Shown here in pieces: positions 54,573 to 64,000 of a stretch of 64,000 nucleotides of DNA; position 1 is the stretch's first letter, and each line of letters opens with the position of its first letter. The position numbers and the translations under genes were made by a program. The notes beneath the pieces are model-generated. The model was not told where the DNA came from and searched no databases. It worked only from the letters and a program-made list of their open reading frames with translations. The stretch spans positions 11,815-75,814 of the forward strand of contig CAURTM010000001.1 in NCBI GenBank assembly GCA_963527735.1, given 5' to 3'. The DNA comes from an uncultured Streptococcus sp. Lineage in GTDB: Bacteria; Bacillota; Bacilli; Lactobacillales; Streptococcaceae.

Positions 54573-56438
54573 TTATTCTAGTAAGGCATTCTCGTGAAAT
54601 TTTAGAACTGTAAATTTATTGGTATTAATAATTTTCACAAGCAAATCCAATCTTCTAGCTATCTCCTCATATTTATTAATTTCATTACCAAGTTCCTGTT
54701 GTAATTTTAAAATATCTGTATTGAGTCGATCTAACATTATTGATTCCGTCATGTTCATTTGGTCAAAATCATACTTAGCTAATTTTCTAGTCTCATGATC
54801 TTCACTCTTCAAATTGATAAGGACTTCCGCCATCTTGTTTAAGGTGGCGATTTTTTCTTGGGTTTCTTCTAGCTGCATATCAATCTCTGCAATTTCTAAT
54901 ACAAGCTCATCTTTGATTTCTTGGTATTGTTTGTTCGTGTTAGATAGTTCAATCATAAGATTAATTTCAGAAATCTTCTCTTGAAGACTTTTTAAAGTTG
55001 GTCGTCTATAGGGGAGTTTTTGGCTGTCGTTGCTCAATTGTCTGATTAAGGTCCTACCCTTGATGAAACAATTATTATCCATGTTTTCTTTATTATAGAC
55101 AAAGTAAGAAGACGTTTCTCGAATGTAGACTTTATATTTTTTATGATTGTCTTCCTCAAAAATATCTAGCTGGTAGTTAGGAATAAAGATGAGTCCACTC
55201 TGCTTGATACCAAACGAAACTTGGATATAGATACCATCATCAACCAACTTCTCTATCTGATTATCCGTAAGTTCAATCTCAAACTCATGGATAGCATCTC
55301 GTTTTTCCTTGTATTTCTTGAAGGCTTCCTCGATTTTTTCAGCGGAAACTTTCTCCTTATGCTGCTCCTCTCGAAAAGTCTGAAAATCTTCCTGAAGATT
55401 TTCTAATGCTTGAATATCTCTAACTTCTCTATCTTCAAAATAACGATTAAAAAATTGAACATCGTACAATTTCTTATCGCTAATTTTTTTATGACTCAGG
55501 CTTATCTTTTTGCCATCTTCTTCTAGGGTAAACATCACATTTTTCTGTTTTAACTCGATGGTTAGATTCAACTCTTTAGCCTTTACATGCAATTCTTCTA
55601 ATGAATAAACAGACTTTAGTAAAAATTTTAAACGACTTTCAATCTCTTGTTTGGCAAAATATGTTTTAAAAAAGTCTTCATCATATAAATCTCGTTTACT
55701 AAGTTGGCGACCTCGAATTGGTTTTACCATCGTTCTATCTGTCATCAAAAAACGGCTATGCTTTTGACTAAAATCAATCTGAACATGCAACTGCTTTGCT
55801 TTCTCTAAAAAATCATCAAACGATTTAGATTGCTGAAGCAAAAAATAAAGACGTTGTTTCAATTCAAATTTATGACTAGATTCCTTATATTTTTTATAAT
55901 CTCGATAGGAATAACGTTTCTCAATAATTTTTGCACCAGCCATTTTAGAAATACGGTCTGAAATCATACGGAGGTTTCGTTCCAAGGCATAGTTCCATAT
56001 CAACTTTTTATCTGAATTGCGGTCAATAGCGTTGATTAGGATGTGATTATGAACATGATCTTTGTCTGTGTGAGTTGCTACGATAAACTTAAAACGACCT
56101 CCTGTCAATTCCATCATGGTCTCATAACCAATGCGGTTAATTTCTTCAGGTGTCAGATTATCTTCAGGAGAAAATGATTGGATGAGATGATGGGCATGAA
56201 TAGTTTGTTGGTGTTTTTCTTGTCGGTCATTTCTGGACTCGTACAACTTGTCGTTATTAGTAAAGTTAACATTGTACATTTCTACCATTTCTGCATGGCT
56301 AGGAAAATCTAAGTAATTACTCATGCCAAAATCAGATACTAATTTTAGATTATCTGTTTTATCTGGATTGAGGATATATTTAATCAAACGCCTACGATAT
56401 TTTTTTCCGTGCGTCGCAAAGTGTTTAGTAACTACCAT
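54573..56438 (-). CDS. Conjugative relaxase (Tn5252 type, MOBP)
   Basis: YILNPDKT, HLIQSFSP, HTDKDHVHNHILIN. Confidence 0.93.
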   Translation of the reverse strand: MVVTKHFATHGKKYRRRLIKYILNPDKTDNLKLVSDFGMSNYLDFPSHAEMVEMYNVNFTNNDKLYESRNDRQEKHQQTIHAHHLIQSFSPEDNLTPEEINRIGYETMMELTGGRFKFIVATHTDKDHVHNHILINAIDRNSDKKLIWNYALERNLRMISDRISKMAGAKIIEKRYSYRDYKKYKESSHKFELKQRLYFLLQQSKSFDDFLEKAKQLHVQIDFSQKHSRFLMTDRTMVKPIRGRQLSKRDLYDEDFFKTYFAKQEIESRLKFLLKSVYSLEELHVKAKELNLTIELKQKNVMFTLEEDGKKISLSHKKISDKKLYDVQFFNRYFEDREVRDIQALENLQEDFQTFREEQHKEKVSAEKIEEAFKKYKEKRDAIHEFEIELTDNQIEKLVDDGIYIQVSFGIKQSGLIFIPNYQLDIFEEDNHKKYKVYIRETSSYFVYNKENMDNNCFIKGRTLIRQLSNDSQKLPYRRPTLKSLQEKISEINLMIELSNTNKQYQEIKDELVLEIAEIDMQLEETQEKIATLNKMAEVLINLKSEDHETRKLAKYDFDQMNMTESIMLDRLNTDILKLQQELGNEINKYEEIARRLDLLVKIINTNKFTVLKFHENALLE

Positions 56439-56790
56439 GAAACTCCTTCAGTCTTTTCACCTCCACTTGAAATTCTTTGTCCACTTCCTTAATTAACTCT
56501 CCGACTCCTTTACTCAATTCTTGTAATTGGTCCTGAGAAATCAGATGGCTTTGATTAATCGCACGCGCAATTTGATTGATGTTATTTCCAATACGTCTCA
56601 ATTCAAAAACTAACTGGTCATAAGTATCAGTGTTAATCGTGACAAATGACATATTGGGATTAAGCAAAACTTTTCTGGCATAGACTGAAAAATTTTTACA
56701 ATTGCTCTTAGCAATCCGTTCATTCAATTGGTGTAATTCTGGATCAGTTAGAAATACTTTTTTGAGATTGGTACGATAGCGATAAACCAT
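56425..56790 (-). CDS. mobC: MobC relaxosome accessory protein
   Basis: ELRRIGNNINQIAR. Confidence 0.9.
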   Translation of the reverse strand: MVYRYRTNLKKVFLTDPELHQLNERIAKSNCKNFSVYARKVLLNPNMSFVTINTDTYDQLVFELRRIGNNINQIARAINQSHLISQDQLQELSKGVGELIKEVDKEFQVEVKRLKEFHGSY

Positions 56791-56799
56791 TACATCCTC

Positions 56800-57159
56800 C
56801 TAACCCATATATTTTTCACGAAACTCACGACTGAGTGGCTGTACTTGATTCACTTCTGCAATCAATTCTTGAACGCAAGTCAATAAGATTGAGACGTGCT
56901 CTTGAGTCACTTGATGATTTTCTCTTGCGACAACCAGAACTTCATACACATCTCGACTAATCTGTTCAAACTTTTGAGACTGCCAAAGGGAGAACCAACT
57001 TTCAAAAATTCTATCCTGATAATTCTTTTTCAATAAATTTTGACGAAGAAATTCTGAGAAACTATCCACTTTTTGTTCCCTCATCATTTCTTTTATCTGT
57101 TTTTCTTCTTGTCTCGTGATTCTAAATTGCTTACGGATTAACCTAATTTCTTGTCCCAT
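56800..57159 (-). CDS. Relaxosome accessory RHH-like protein
   Basis: KQFRIT...FSEFLRQNLL; upstream of mobC. Confidence 0.75.
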   Translation of the reverse strand: MGQEIRLIRKQFRITRQEEKQIKEMMREQKVDSFSEFLRQNLLKKNYQDRIFESWFSLWQSQKFEQISRDVYEVLVVARENHQVTQEHVSILLTCVQELIAEVNQVQPLSREFREKYMG

Positions 57160-57179
57160 CTTACCATCCTTTCAACATT

Positions 57180-57400
57180 ATACTTGTCTGACAATGTAAG
57201 GCTGCCTCACATTGTCAGTACAATTCCTAAAGACCTCAGTCTCTCCTTGTTCGGTCTTTGCGAGCTCAGATATTGTGTCCACAATATCACAAAAATCATA
57301 TCGCCTGCCATTTCAAACCTCACGGTTCAAAAAACAAACGATATGACAATGTGGTGGCTTCGCCCCCAAACCCCCAGGTAAAATTCTTAGTTGGATTTTT
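57180..57400. promoter_or_regulatory. Probable oriT region
   Basis: Non-coding, upstream of the mob operon, with inverted repeats (CTGACAATGT/ACATTGTCAG; GATATTGTG/CACAATATC); nick site not identified. Confidence 0.45.
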
Positions 57401-57492
57401 AAAAGTTAAGAAAAGTATAACAGAAGAAATTTGGGGAAGTTATCACGGAGGAATTGATGGGATGAAAAAAGAGAGCTAATGCTCTCTGAAAA

Positions 57493-58776
57493 TTAATTTT
57501 TATACTGTTTATAGACATCTGAGTCTTCTAAAACATAACATTGATTCTTATCTTGAATCGTAACCCTTAAGACTGAGCCATTTATTTCTCCCACTTTTTC
57601 TTTATTTTTATCTTTTATAGTCATACTGGCATTGTCATAAAAAAAATCATCCCCATCAATATTAATTTTTTGATTTTGAAAAGATATTTTTTTAGTATTA
57701 TCTATTTTGTAATTTTTTTCTTCATCCTTAACTACCAGATAATAGCTACCTCTATTTATCGACCTCATCTCTGTTTCCAATAACCTAGAAACTACCATTG
57801 AAGCTGATAGTAGCAGTATAAAGAAAATCCAAATACTATGATCAGGTTTATGACTATTGGTAATATTGTGAAAGTTGTTATTTTTTATTACTAACAATCT
57901 GGCAATTTTCTTCAATATACTGTCGCTATATTCTCCCCAAATTACTATTGAAAATGTTAAAAACATTAATTTTATTACTATTGTGTAAAAATTAAAAAAA
58001 GATAGTAATGAATTTTCACCCATTTCAAGATTAGTATTGGACATCCGATTTATCAAATATAAAAAAATTTCGCTTTTTGAAATAATTTCTGAAAACAATA
58101 AAGAACAGTATAACAATGGGATAAATAATAAGATTTTACATTTTATTCTAAACAATCTAATATTTAGTGAATGTTCTTTAAATGCTATCTTTCTTTCTCT
58201 TTTAGATAGGAAATATTGAATTTCATTAGTTAATAAATGATTAACTATAGTTACTAATATTAGAGATACAAAGGTCCAATTTAACAACGAATCATTAATT
58301 CCAATAACTGAAAGCACTATTATTGGAATTACAATATAGATGAAAGAAATGAATGGGGCAATCTTTATAAGATCAAACACTAGACGATAAACTAGCAATA
58401 TACTCACTAACCATTTTAGATCAAAAATAAAATACTGTTTACAACTTTCAATACTTATGTACAAGATGAAGATAAATATATAAGTCAGAAAATTAATACC
58501 TAGTGTACACCAATACTCTATATCTTTTCTCTGTACGTTTTTTAACATTTGGATTTTTATAGTGCCTAAATCTGTATTGATTTTCTTATAATTTATATAT
58601 ACAAAACCTATTAGAAAAATAAAAGAAAGTATTCCTAGTAGATCAAATATTTTGTGCCTACTAATAAAATAAAAGAAAAGAAAAATAATGTGTATAAAAA
58701 TCGTTACATAATAATGCCATTTCATAGGCTTATTAATAAATAAACTAAATAATGAACTTCTTATCTTTTTCATCAT
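57493..58776 (-). CDS. Very AT-rich polytopic membrane protein of unknown function
   Basis: Many TM segments; ATG 58776 behind GGAGG. Confidence 0.65.
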   Translation of the reverse strand: MMKKIRSSLFSLFINKPMKWHYYVTIFIHIIFLFFYFISRHKIFDLLGILSFIFLIGFVYINYKKINTDLGTIKIQMLKNVQRKDIEYWCTLGINFLTYIFIFILYISIESCKQYFIFDLKWLVSILLVYRLVFDLIKIAPFISFIYIVIPIIVLSVIGINDSLLNWTFVSLILVTIVNHLLTNEIQYFLSKRERKIAFKEHSLNIRLFRIKCKILLFIPLLYCSLLFSEIISKSEIFLYLINRMSNTNLEMGENSLLSFFNFYTIVIKLMFLTFSIVIWGEYSDSILKKIARLLVIKNNNFHNITNSHKPDHSIWIFFILLLSASMVVSRLLETEMRSINRGSYYLVVKDEEKNYKIDNTKKISFQNQKINIDGDDFFYDNASMTIKDKNKEKVGEINGSVLRVTIQDKNQCYVLEDSDVYKQYKN

Positions 58777-58843
58777 ACGAAACCTCCGATAAATATATTG
58801 ATTGAAATAACTATATGTTTTAAAATAAAAAATTAGTAAATTC

Positions 58844-59134
58844 TCACAATTTAAAACAATGTCTCTGATATTCATACTGTCTAATGCCACTACTGTCTTT
58901 GTTCATCTTGATAGAAAAAACAAAATAATGGTCACGACCGTCTAAAGATTTGCTTTTATTTAACTTAAAATAATGTTTTTGAGACATAGCCATTGTACGT
59001 AAAATATCATCAGTGATAAATGTTAATGGTATGTCTAAAGCAGAATACTTGTAAAAATCTGACTCAAACCGTAAATAAGAATCAGAAAAATAATCTAGCT
59101 GCAATTTATCATCATATAATTCTTTACGATTCAT
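58844..59134 (-). CDS. Small conserved protein of umuDC-like operon (DUF5960-like)
   Basis: Last gene of the four-gene cassette. Confidence 0.7.
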   Translation of the reverse strand: MNRKELYDDKLQLDYFSDSYLRFESDFYKYSALDIPLTFITDDILRTMAMSQKHYFKLNKSKSLDGRDHYFVFSIKMNKDSSGIRQYEYQRHCFKL

Positions 59135-59138
59135 GTAA

Positions 59139-59489
59139 TTACTCCCCTTCTATTTGGATATCGAGTATGTCCGTCCATTTTAAACAAAGATAGCCTGTAG
59201 CTGATTTTATAGATATGGATTCTCTCCTAATCTCTTTAACAATACCTGATACTAACTTTCTTTGATTAGAAAACTTAAAAACAAAAGTTGCAGGGAATTC
59301 ATTCGTATAAAGTTGACGAACAAATCGAACTTTCTCTTCCATTGATAGAGAAATGGAGATGTCTTCTCTATTATTTTCTTCCCAAAGAGAACTGGAATGT
59401 TCTGACAAAAAGAAGCCCATCCACTTAGCCATCCCACGATCTTGATACTCTCTTGCAGACTCAAAAGGTAAATAAGAACGATTCATCAT
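59139..59489 (-). CDS. YolD-like accessory protein
   Basis: YQDRGMAKWMGFFLSEH motif after umuC. Confidence 0.75.
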   Translation of the reverse strand: MMNRSYLPFESAREYQDRGMAKWMGFFLSEHSSSLWEENNREDISISLSMEEKVRFVRQLYTNEFPATFVFKFSNQRKLVSGIVKEIRRESISIKSATGYLCLKWTDILDIQIEGE

Positions 59490-60901
59490 TTTAATCCTTC
59501 TAATCCTCCAGCTGAATGACCACCAATGAGTTTACTTCTTGCAATTGTTCTAGAAGCTTGATCCAGGGCATTACCTTTCAATAGTGAAGTGAACCCAAAT
59601 TCTGTTCGAATAGCATCGATTGCGGACTGGAGCCTTTCTTCTTTTTCTATTTTTTCAATATCATCAAATAATGAAATCAATCCAAAGGATTCATCTACTA
59701 AACCAGAGTAGTTCACTGCAACACTTCTGATAGCTCCTGAAGTATATTTAGTGCGAAATAACTTTAAAACGTAGTTTGTCAGTAGTGCTGTTTGATTGGT
59801 TGGTTCAATTTTCATTTGAGTATTGATAGAACGCTTTTGTTCCACTTTAGAGTAGCCTAGATGTATAGAAACTACTGTTGCTTTTTTACCAGCTCTTCTC
59901 AATCTAACTGCAACTTGTTCTGACATCTCACGAAGTATGATCTCAATATCTCTTTGTTTAATATAATCTCTTGGTAAAACTTGAGAGTTCCCTATCCCTT
60001 TTGACTTTGGCTTATAAGGTTTATGAACATTACTTTCATCAATCCCATTGGCATGGAACCATAACTCTAGACCTATGATACCAAGCTCTTTTTTAATCAA
60101 GTCAGGATTAGCCTGAGCCAATTCTTTAATCGAAAAGATACCTAAATTATGTAATCTCTTCTCCATGCGATTTCCAATTCCCCAGAAATCTGTCATTTTA
60201 GGAATAGTCCATACTTTCTTTTCGACATCCTCATAGGACCAATTGGCTCTCATTGTCGGAGTCTTTTTAGCTTCATTATCAAGTGCCAACTTAGCTAATA
60301 AGGGATTGGCATTAGACATGCCTACAGTTGAATAGATTCCAGTTTTTCTCCAAATCTTTTTTTGAATAGCAGCAGAAATAATATCTAATTTATCTTTCCT
60401 ACTAATACTTTTATCTGGTACAAAATAATTTAATGAACTTGTTAAATCAATAAATCCTTCATCAATTGAGTAGGGATAAATATCATCTGGTGCTGCAAAA
60501 TCTTGAAAGATTTTTTGAATCTCCATGTTGACAGCAATGTAAGTATCCATTCTCGGAGGAACAATCACGGTTGATTTTGCCCATTCCTCTATATAGCGGA
60601 CATAGTCTATCGTTGTCGGTAAACCTTGCTTCTTAGCATTATAATAAGAGAATTTGCGAGTCTTTACATCAAAAGGTAAATCATAGGAACGTCCAACGTT
60701 CGACTTTCCAAAGACCTTTTTAAACATAGGAGAGGAAGCAAGAATTAAACCAGCAGAATTATCTGCACGACTCATAACACAAAGCGAAGTCTTAAGTGGG
60801 TGTAATCCTCTATCTACACATTCTACACTTGCGTAAAAAGATTTCATATCAATAAAGGCAATGTCACTACTTGGCTCAAGACTATAATCAAACCAACTCA
60901 T
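59486..60901 (-). CDS. umuC: Y-family DNA polymerase (UmuC/ImpB)
   Basis: IDMKSFYASVE, YSIDE, NPLLAKLALD. Confidence 0.93.
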   Translation of the reverse strand: MSWFDYSLEPSSDIAFIDMKSFYASVECVDRGLHPLKTSLCVMSRADNSAGLILASSPMFKKVFGKSNVGRSYDLPFDVKTRKFSYYNAKKQGLPTTIDYVRYIEEWAKSTVIVPPRMDTYIAVNMEIQKIFQDFAAPDDIYPYSIDEGFIDLTSSLNYFVPDKSISRKDKLDIISAAIQKKIWRKTGIYSTVGMSNANPLLAKLALDNEAKKTPTMRANWSYEDVEKKVWTIPKMTDFWGIGNRMEKRLHNLGIFSIKELAQANPDLIKKELGIIGLELWFHANGIDESNVHKPYKPKSKGIGNSQVLPRDYIKQRDIEIILREMSEQVAVRLRRAGKKATVVSIHLGYSKVEQKRSINTQMKIEPTNQTALLTNYVLKLFRTKYTSGAIRSVAVNYSGLVDESFGLISLFDDIEKIEKEERLQSAIDAIRTEFGFTSLLKGNALDQASRTIARSKLIGGHSAGGLEGLK

Positions 60902-60903
60902 AC

Positions 60904-61587
60904 TTAGTCCTCTAAAGGCATAAAGTTCCCAACTATTTTCCCTATAATGCGAGGATTCTCATCATAAGGCGCAAACTTATCTGAATAGTTCCGATTGAGT
61001 GAAACTAAACGAAGCCCATTTTCTTCACGATACACTTTCTTGATATAGGTTTGACCATCCCAATCTATCGCATAGATAGCCCCGTCATAATCAAATCCCG
61101 TTTGCTTAATAAGGGCTACAGAACCATTTTCATATGTCGGTTCCATTGAATTTCCAAACACCCATGATGCAAAGTCATAATCAAATTGATGATTAAAGTA
61201 AACTGTATCGTAATTACCATCATCAAAATAAGCTGTTCCTGTACCAGCTGATAATTTTTCGTAAACTTTATAAGCAAAACGCTGAGGAATGTCCACAACC
61301 TTGGCATTCTGTTTGTTCAACAGTTCTGTAGCATAATGAAGTGTCGCTTTTTGATTCTTTTCAGTTAGCTTGAGATAGGTTTCAACTATTTCATACTCTG
61401 ATTCAAAATAGCGAGGATCTACATTTAAAACCTGGCTCAACTTGCTTAAATTGTTTTGATTAGGCTTTGTTTTGCCTGATTCCCAATTAAAGTATGAAGC
61501 TCTACTGATTCCTAAACTGGATGCAAGTTGTGATTGAGATAAGCCCTGACTCTCTCTTTTTTCTTTTAATTTAGTAGGTGAAAACAT
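60904..61587 (-). CDS. LexA-like XRE/S24 regulator of the mutagenesis cassette
   Basis: HTH, SAGTG cleavage site, GNSMEP, YIKK. Confidence 0.9.
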   Translation of the reverse strand: MFSPTKLKEKRESQGLSQSQLASSLGISRASYFNWESGKTKPNQNNLSKLSQVLNVDPRYFESEYEIVETYLKLTEKNQKATLHYATELLNKQNAKVVDIPQRFAYKVYEKLSAGTGTAYFDDGNYDTVYFNHQFDYDFASWVFGNSMEPTYENGSVALIKQTGFDYDGAIYAIDWDGQTYIKKVYREENGLRLVSLNRNYSDKFAPYDENPRIIGKIVGNFMPLED

Positions 61588-62835
61588 TTGTTCTCCTTTT
61601 TGTAAGTTTATTAACTAACAAAAGAATACCATAGCTAATTGAAAAAATCAAGAGTTTAATAAGCACCTAGATTTAAATTAATCATAAACTATGCTGAATT
61701 CGTACTTATATTGTTAAGAAATCATCACTGAAGAAAGAATATAACTTTTAAAAAAAGATAAAGAGCAAGCAAATAGAGAAAATAAAAATAGAATCGTTAT
61801 TTTTTAATGACGGTCCTATAGACTATATTATAAAATTCGTGATCTAACAACCATTTCTATTAGTTAAATCTTTCAACCGTTCTTCTCCATATTTAAGCAT
61901 CTCTTTCTCCACTTGATTACATTCTCCAAATAGTAAGTCTTGAAGGAGGATTACTGCTGAAGTTTTATCTTCTCCTGAATCATATACACAACTTCTATCT
62001 CGTTGATAAATTTGAATTCTTTCACAAATAGCTAGTTCTTCCAATTGCCGTGTATTATCAACGAGACTGTTCACTATTAGGTCATGAAGTTCTCTAGTAT
62101 TCGCTCGTGTCTAGTCGAGATTAATAGCATATAGTCCTTTATTTTAGATAAGGATGCTATGATTGAACAGTTCAGATTTTGTGGTGATTAAAGCTAATTG
62201 AACATCATCCTCTTACTTTTCAATAATTCTGTTAGTTCTTTGGTTCGTCAACCGTTCGCAAGTTTACCTTGATTAAAAGATTATAGCTCATATCACTTAA
62301 TTTTTCTACAAAGGAATCCACCAGTTTACCTGAAAATCGTTTGGTATTTTCAATACTATCCTTTCCATAAATTATTGGAGATTCAGATAATGTGGATGCT
62401 GCGCTCCAAAATTATAACCATCAATAATGATTATATTGCCCTGAAACTCTTTAAGTTTGATATAATAAACAGTTATCTTTATACTTCGCATTGTCCACGT
62501 AGTAAGATAACTATTGGATTTTGGCACATTTACTATCCTTTCATTAGTATTCGAATATTGCGATCTACGGCACAGGCAAACTCATTCTCACTAAAATCAT
62601 GTAAATTCACTTAATTTTACAATTCAAGACTAAAAAAATCATTATACAAATCAAACTGTTAAAGATGAATTTATGGTATACTAGTGATAATAGATTTTAT
62701 ACTCAACAAAAGCAAAAAGCATACAAAACTCCACTTTGAATCAGCATTTATACTATATTCCGTATTAAGAACTCCATAATTGTTTTTCTAAAATATAACT
62801 TTCAAGTATCCTTAAAAATAGATGAGGAAAAACTC

Positions 62836-63931
62836 ATACTAGCCTAAAATCAAAAAACATATTATTGTAGTTATGAAACTTACAAACGAAGAAATACAAA
62901 AAATTGAACAATTCCTAAGAGATTCATCGTACGCCAAATATCACAAACGTCTACAAAATATTTATTTTCGCTCAAAAGAAAAGAGTTATAAGGAAATCAT
63001 AAATCTGCTAGATTGCAATAAAACAACTGTTTGGAGGAATTTGAAAAATATAAGGAGTTTGGTTTGGATGCTCTTCTTCAAGAGACCCGTGGCGGTCGCT
63101 ATCGCGAATATATGACTTATGAAGAAGAGAAAGCATTTCTAAAATGCCATATAGAAGATGCTCAGGCTGGGGAATTTGTAACTGTCAATCACTTATTTGA
63201 AGCCTATCAAAAAGAGATTGGTCGTACTTCCACACGTGATGGTTTCTATTATCTCCTAAAACGCCATGGTTAGCGAACGATCACTCCTAGACCTGAACAT
63301 CCCAAGAAGGCAGACGCTCAGACAATTGAGACGTCTAAAAATAAAATCTACATTCTATACCTTAAGTAAGCGCTTTAAAGAGGAGGGATCTTATAACAAA
63401 GTACGTTTGATGTATCAAGATGAAGCTGGTTTCGTGAGAATCAGTAAGATGAGTTCTTGTTGGGCTCCTAAAGGAAGCCGACCTAGCATTCATAGTCATT
63501 ATATGCGAGAATATCGCTATTGTTATGGAGCGATAAATGCTCATACAGGAGACTCCTTCTTCCTTATTGCTGGAGGATGTAATACTGAGTGGACGAATGC
63601 ATTTTTACGGCAAGTATCACAAGCTTATCCAGATGACTATATTTTACTTGTAATGGATAATGCTATATGGCATCAATCAAGTACCTTAGAGATTCCAAGT
63701 AATATTGAGTTGGCTTTTATCCCACCTTATACACCAGAAATGAACCCTATTGAACAAGTCTGGAAAGAAATTCGAAAACGAGGTTTTAAAAATAAAGATT
63801 TCCAAACATTGGAAGCCGTCATTGATAAACTTCAAGAAGTTATTCAAGGACTCGAAAAAAGCGTTTTAAAGTCCACTGTCAGCAGACAATGGACTTTAAA
63901 ACGCTTTTTGAAAATAATTGGTATTAGTATG
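62836..63931 (+). pseudogene. IS630-family transposase, inactivated
   Basis: YQDEAGF, MDNAIWH, PEMNPIEQVW DDE motifs; frameshift near 63045 and in-frame TAG at 63271; ends approximate. Confidence 0.85.
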
Positions 63932-64000
63932 TTCCCCTTGGCAATCCCCCTCTCTCTACTTTCTCAACTACTTTATCCATGAAGAATCACTTTCTACAAG

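Larger units (their letters stand above)
40024..64000 (-). mobile_element. Tn5252-like integrative conjugative element (integrase end; conjugation genes outside window)
   Basis: int-xis-HTH, cargo, relaxase-mobC-accessory, umuDC-like operon. Confidence 0.9.

Noticed and set aside
61844..62620. Short ORFs between the LexA-like gene and IS630
   Set aside because: Fragmentary frames with many stops; probably a decayed gene, but no family can be supported.
63325..63350. Active IS630 via programmed frameshift
   Set aside because: An additional frameshift (~63045) and a nonsense codon (63271) upstream make a full transposase unlikely.

Overview
Streptococcal (mitis/pneumoniae-group-like) accessory DNA made of two mobile elements joined head-to-head at one 15-bp attachment core, TTATTTAAGAGTAAC (40024-40038), which is the reverse complement of the rplL 3' end. 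Left (1-~40038): a temperate myovirus-type prophage, mostly on the minus strand. It carries PBSX/Xkd-like contractile tail and baseplate genes, head genes including a MuF protein with a C-terminal Ntox50-like toxin and a small immunity-like gene, an arc/antisense/antirepressor-like cassette, terminase, three anticodon-defective tRNA-like elements, ArpU, a C5 methyltransferase, a RecT module, a disrupted replication initiator with iterons, cro/cI, morons and the integrase. Lysis genes lie beyond the left edge. Right (~40024-64000): the integrase end of a Tn5252-like ICE with int/xis, an Rgg/SHP-linked two-peptide class II lanthipeptide cluster (2 LanM, 2 LanA, LanT, a small membrane peptide, LanFEG), relaxase/mobC, a umuDC-like operon and a decayed IS630. 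The most striking candidate novelty is a prophage moron at 37232-37950. A PemK/MazF-like gene with no protein antitoxin is preceded by promoter - two hairpin repeats at 36-nt period - terminator, which is type III (RNA antitoxin) toxin-antitoxin architecture. It is followed by a second, stand-alone structured sRNA. All family assignments come from motif recognition by eye, not database searches.
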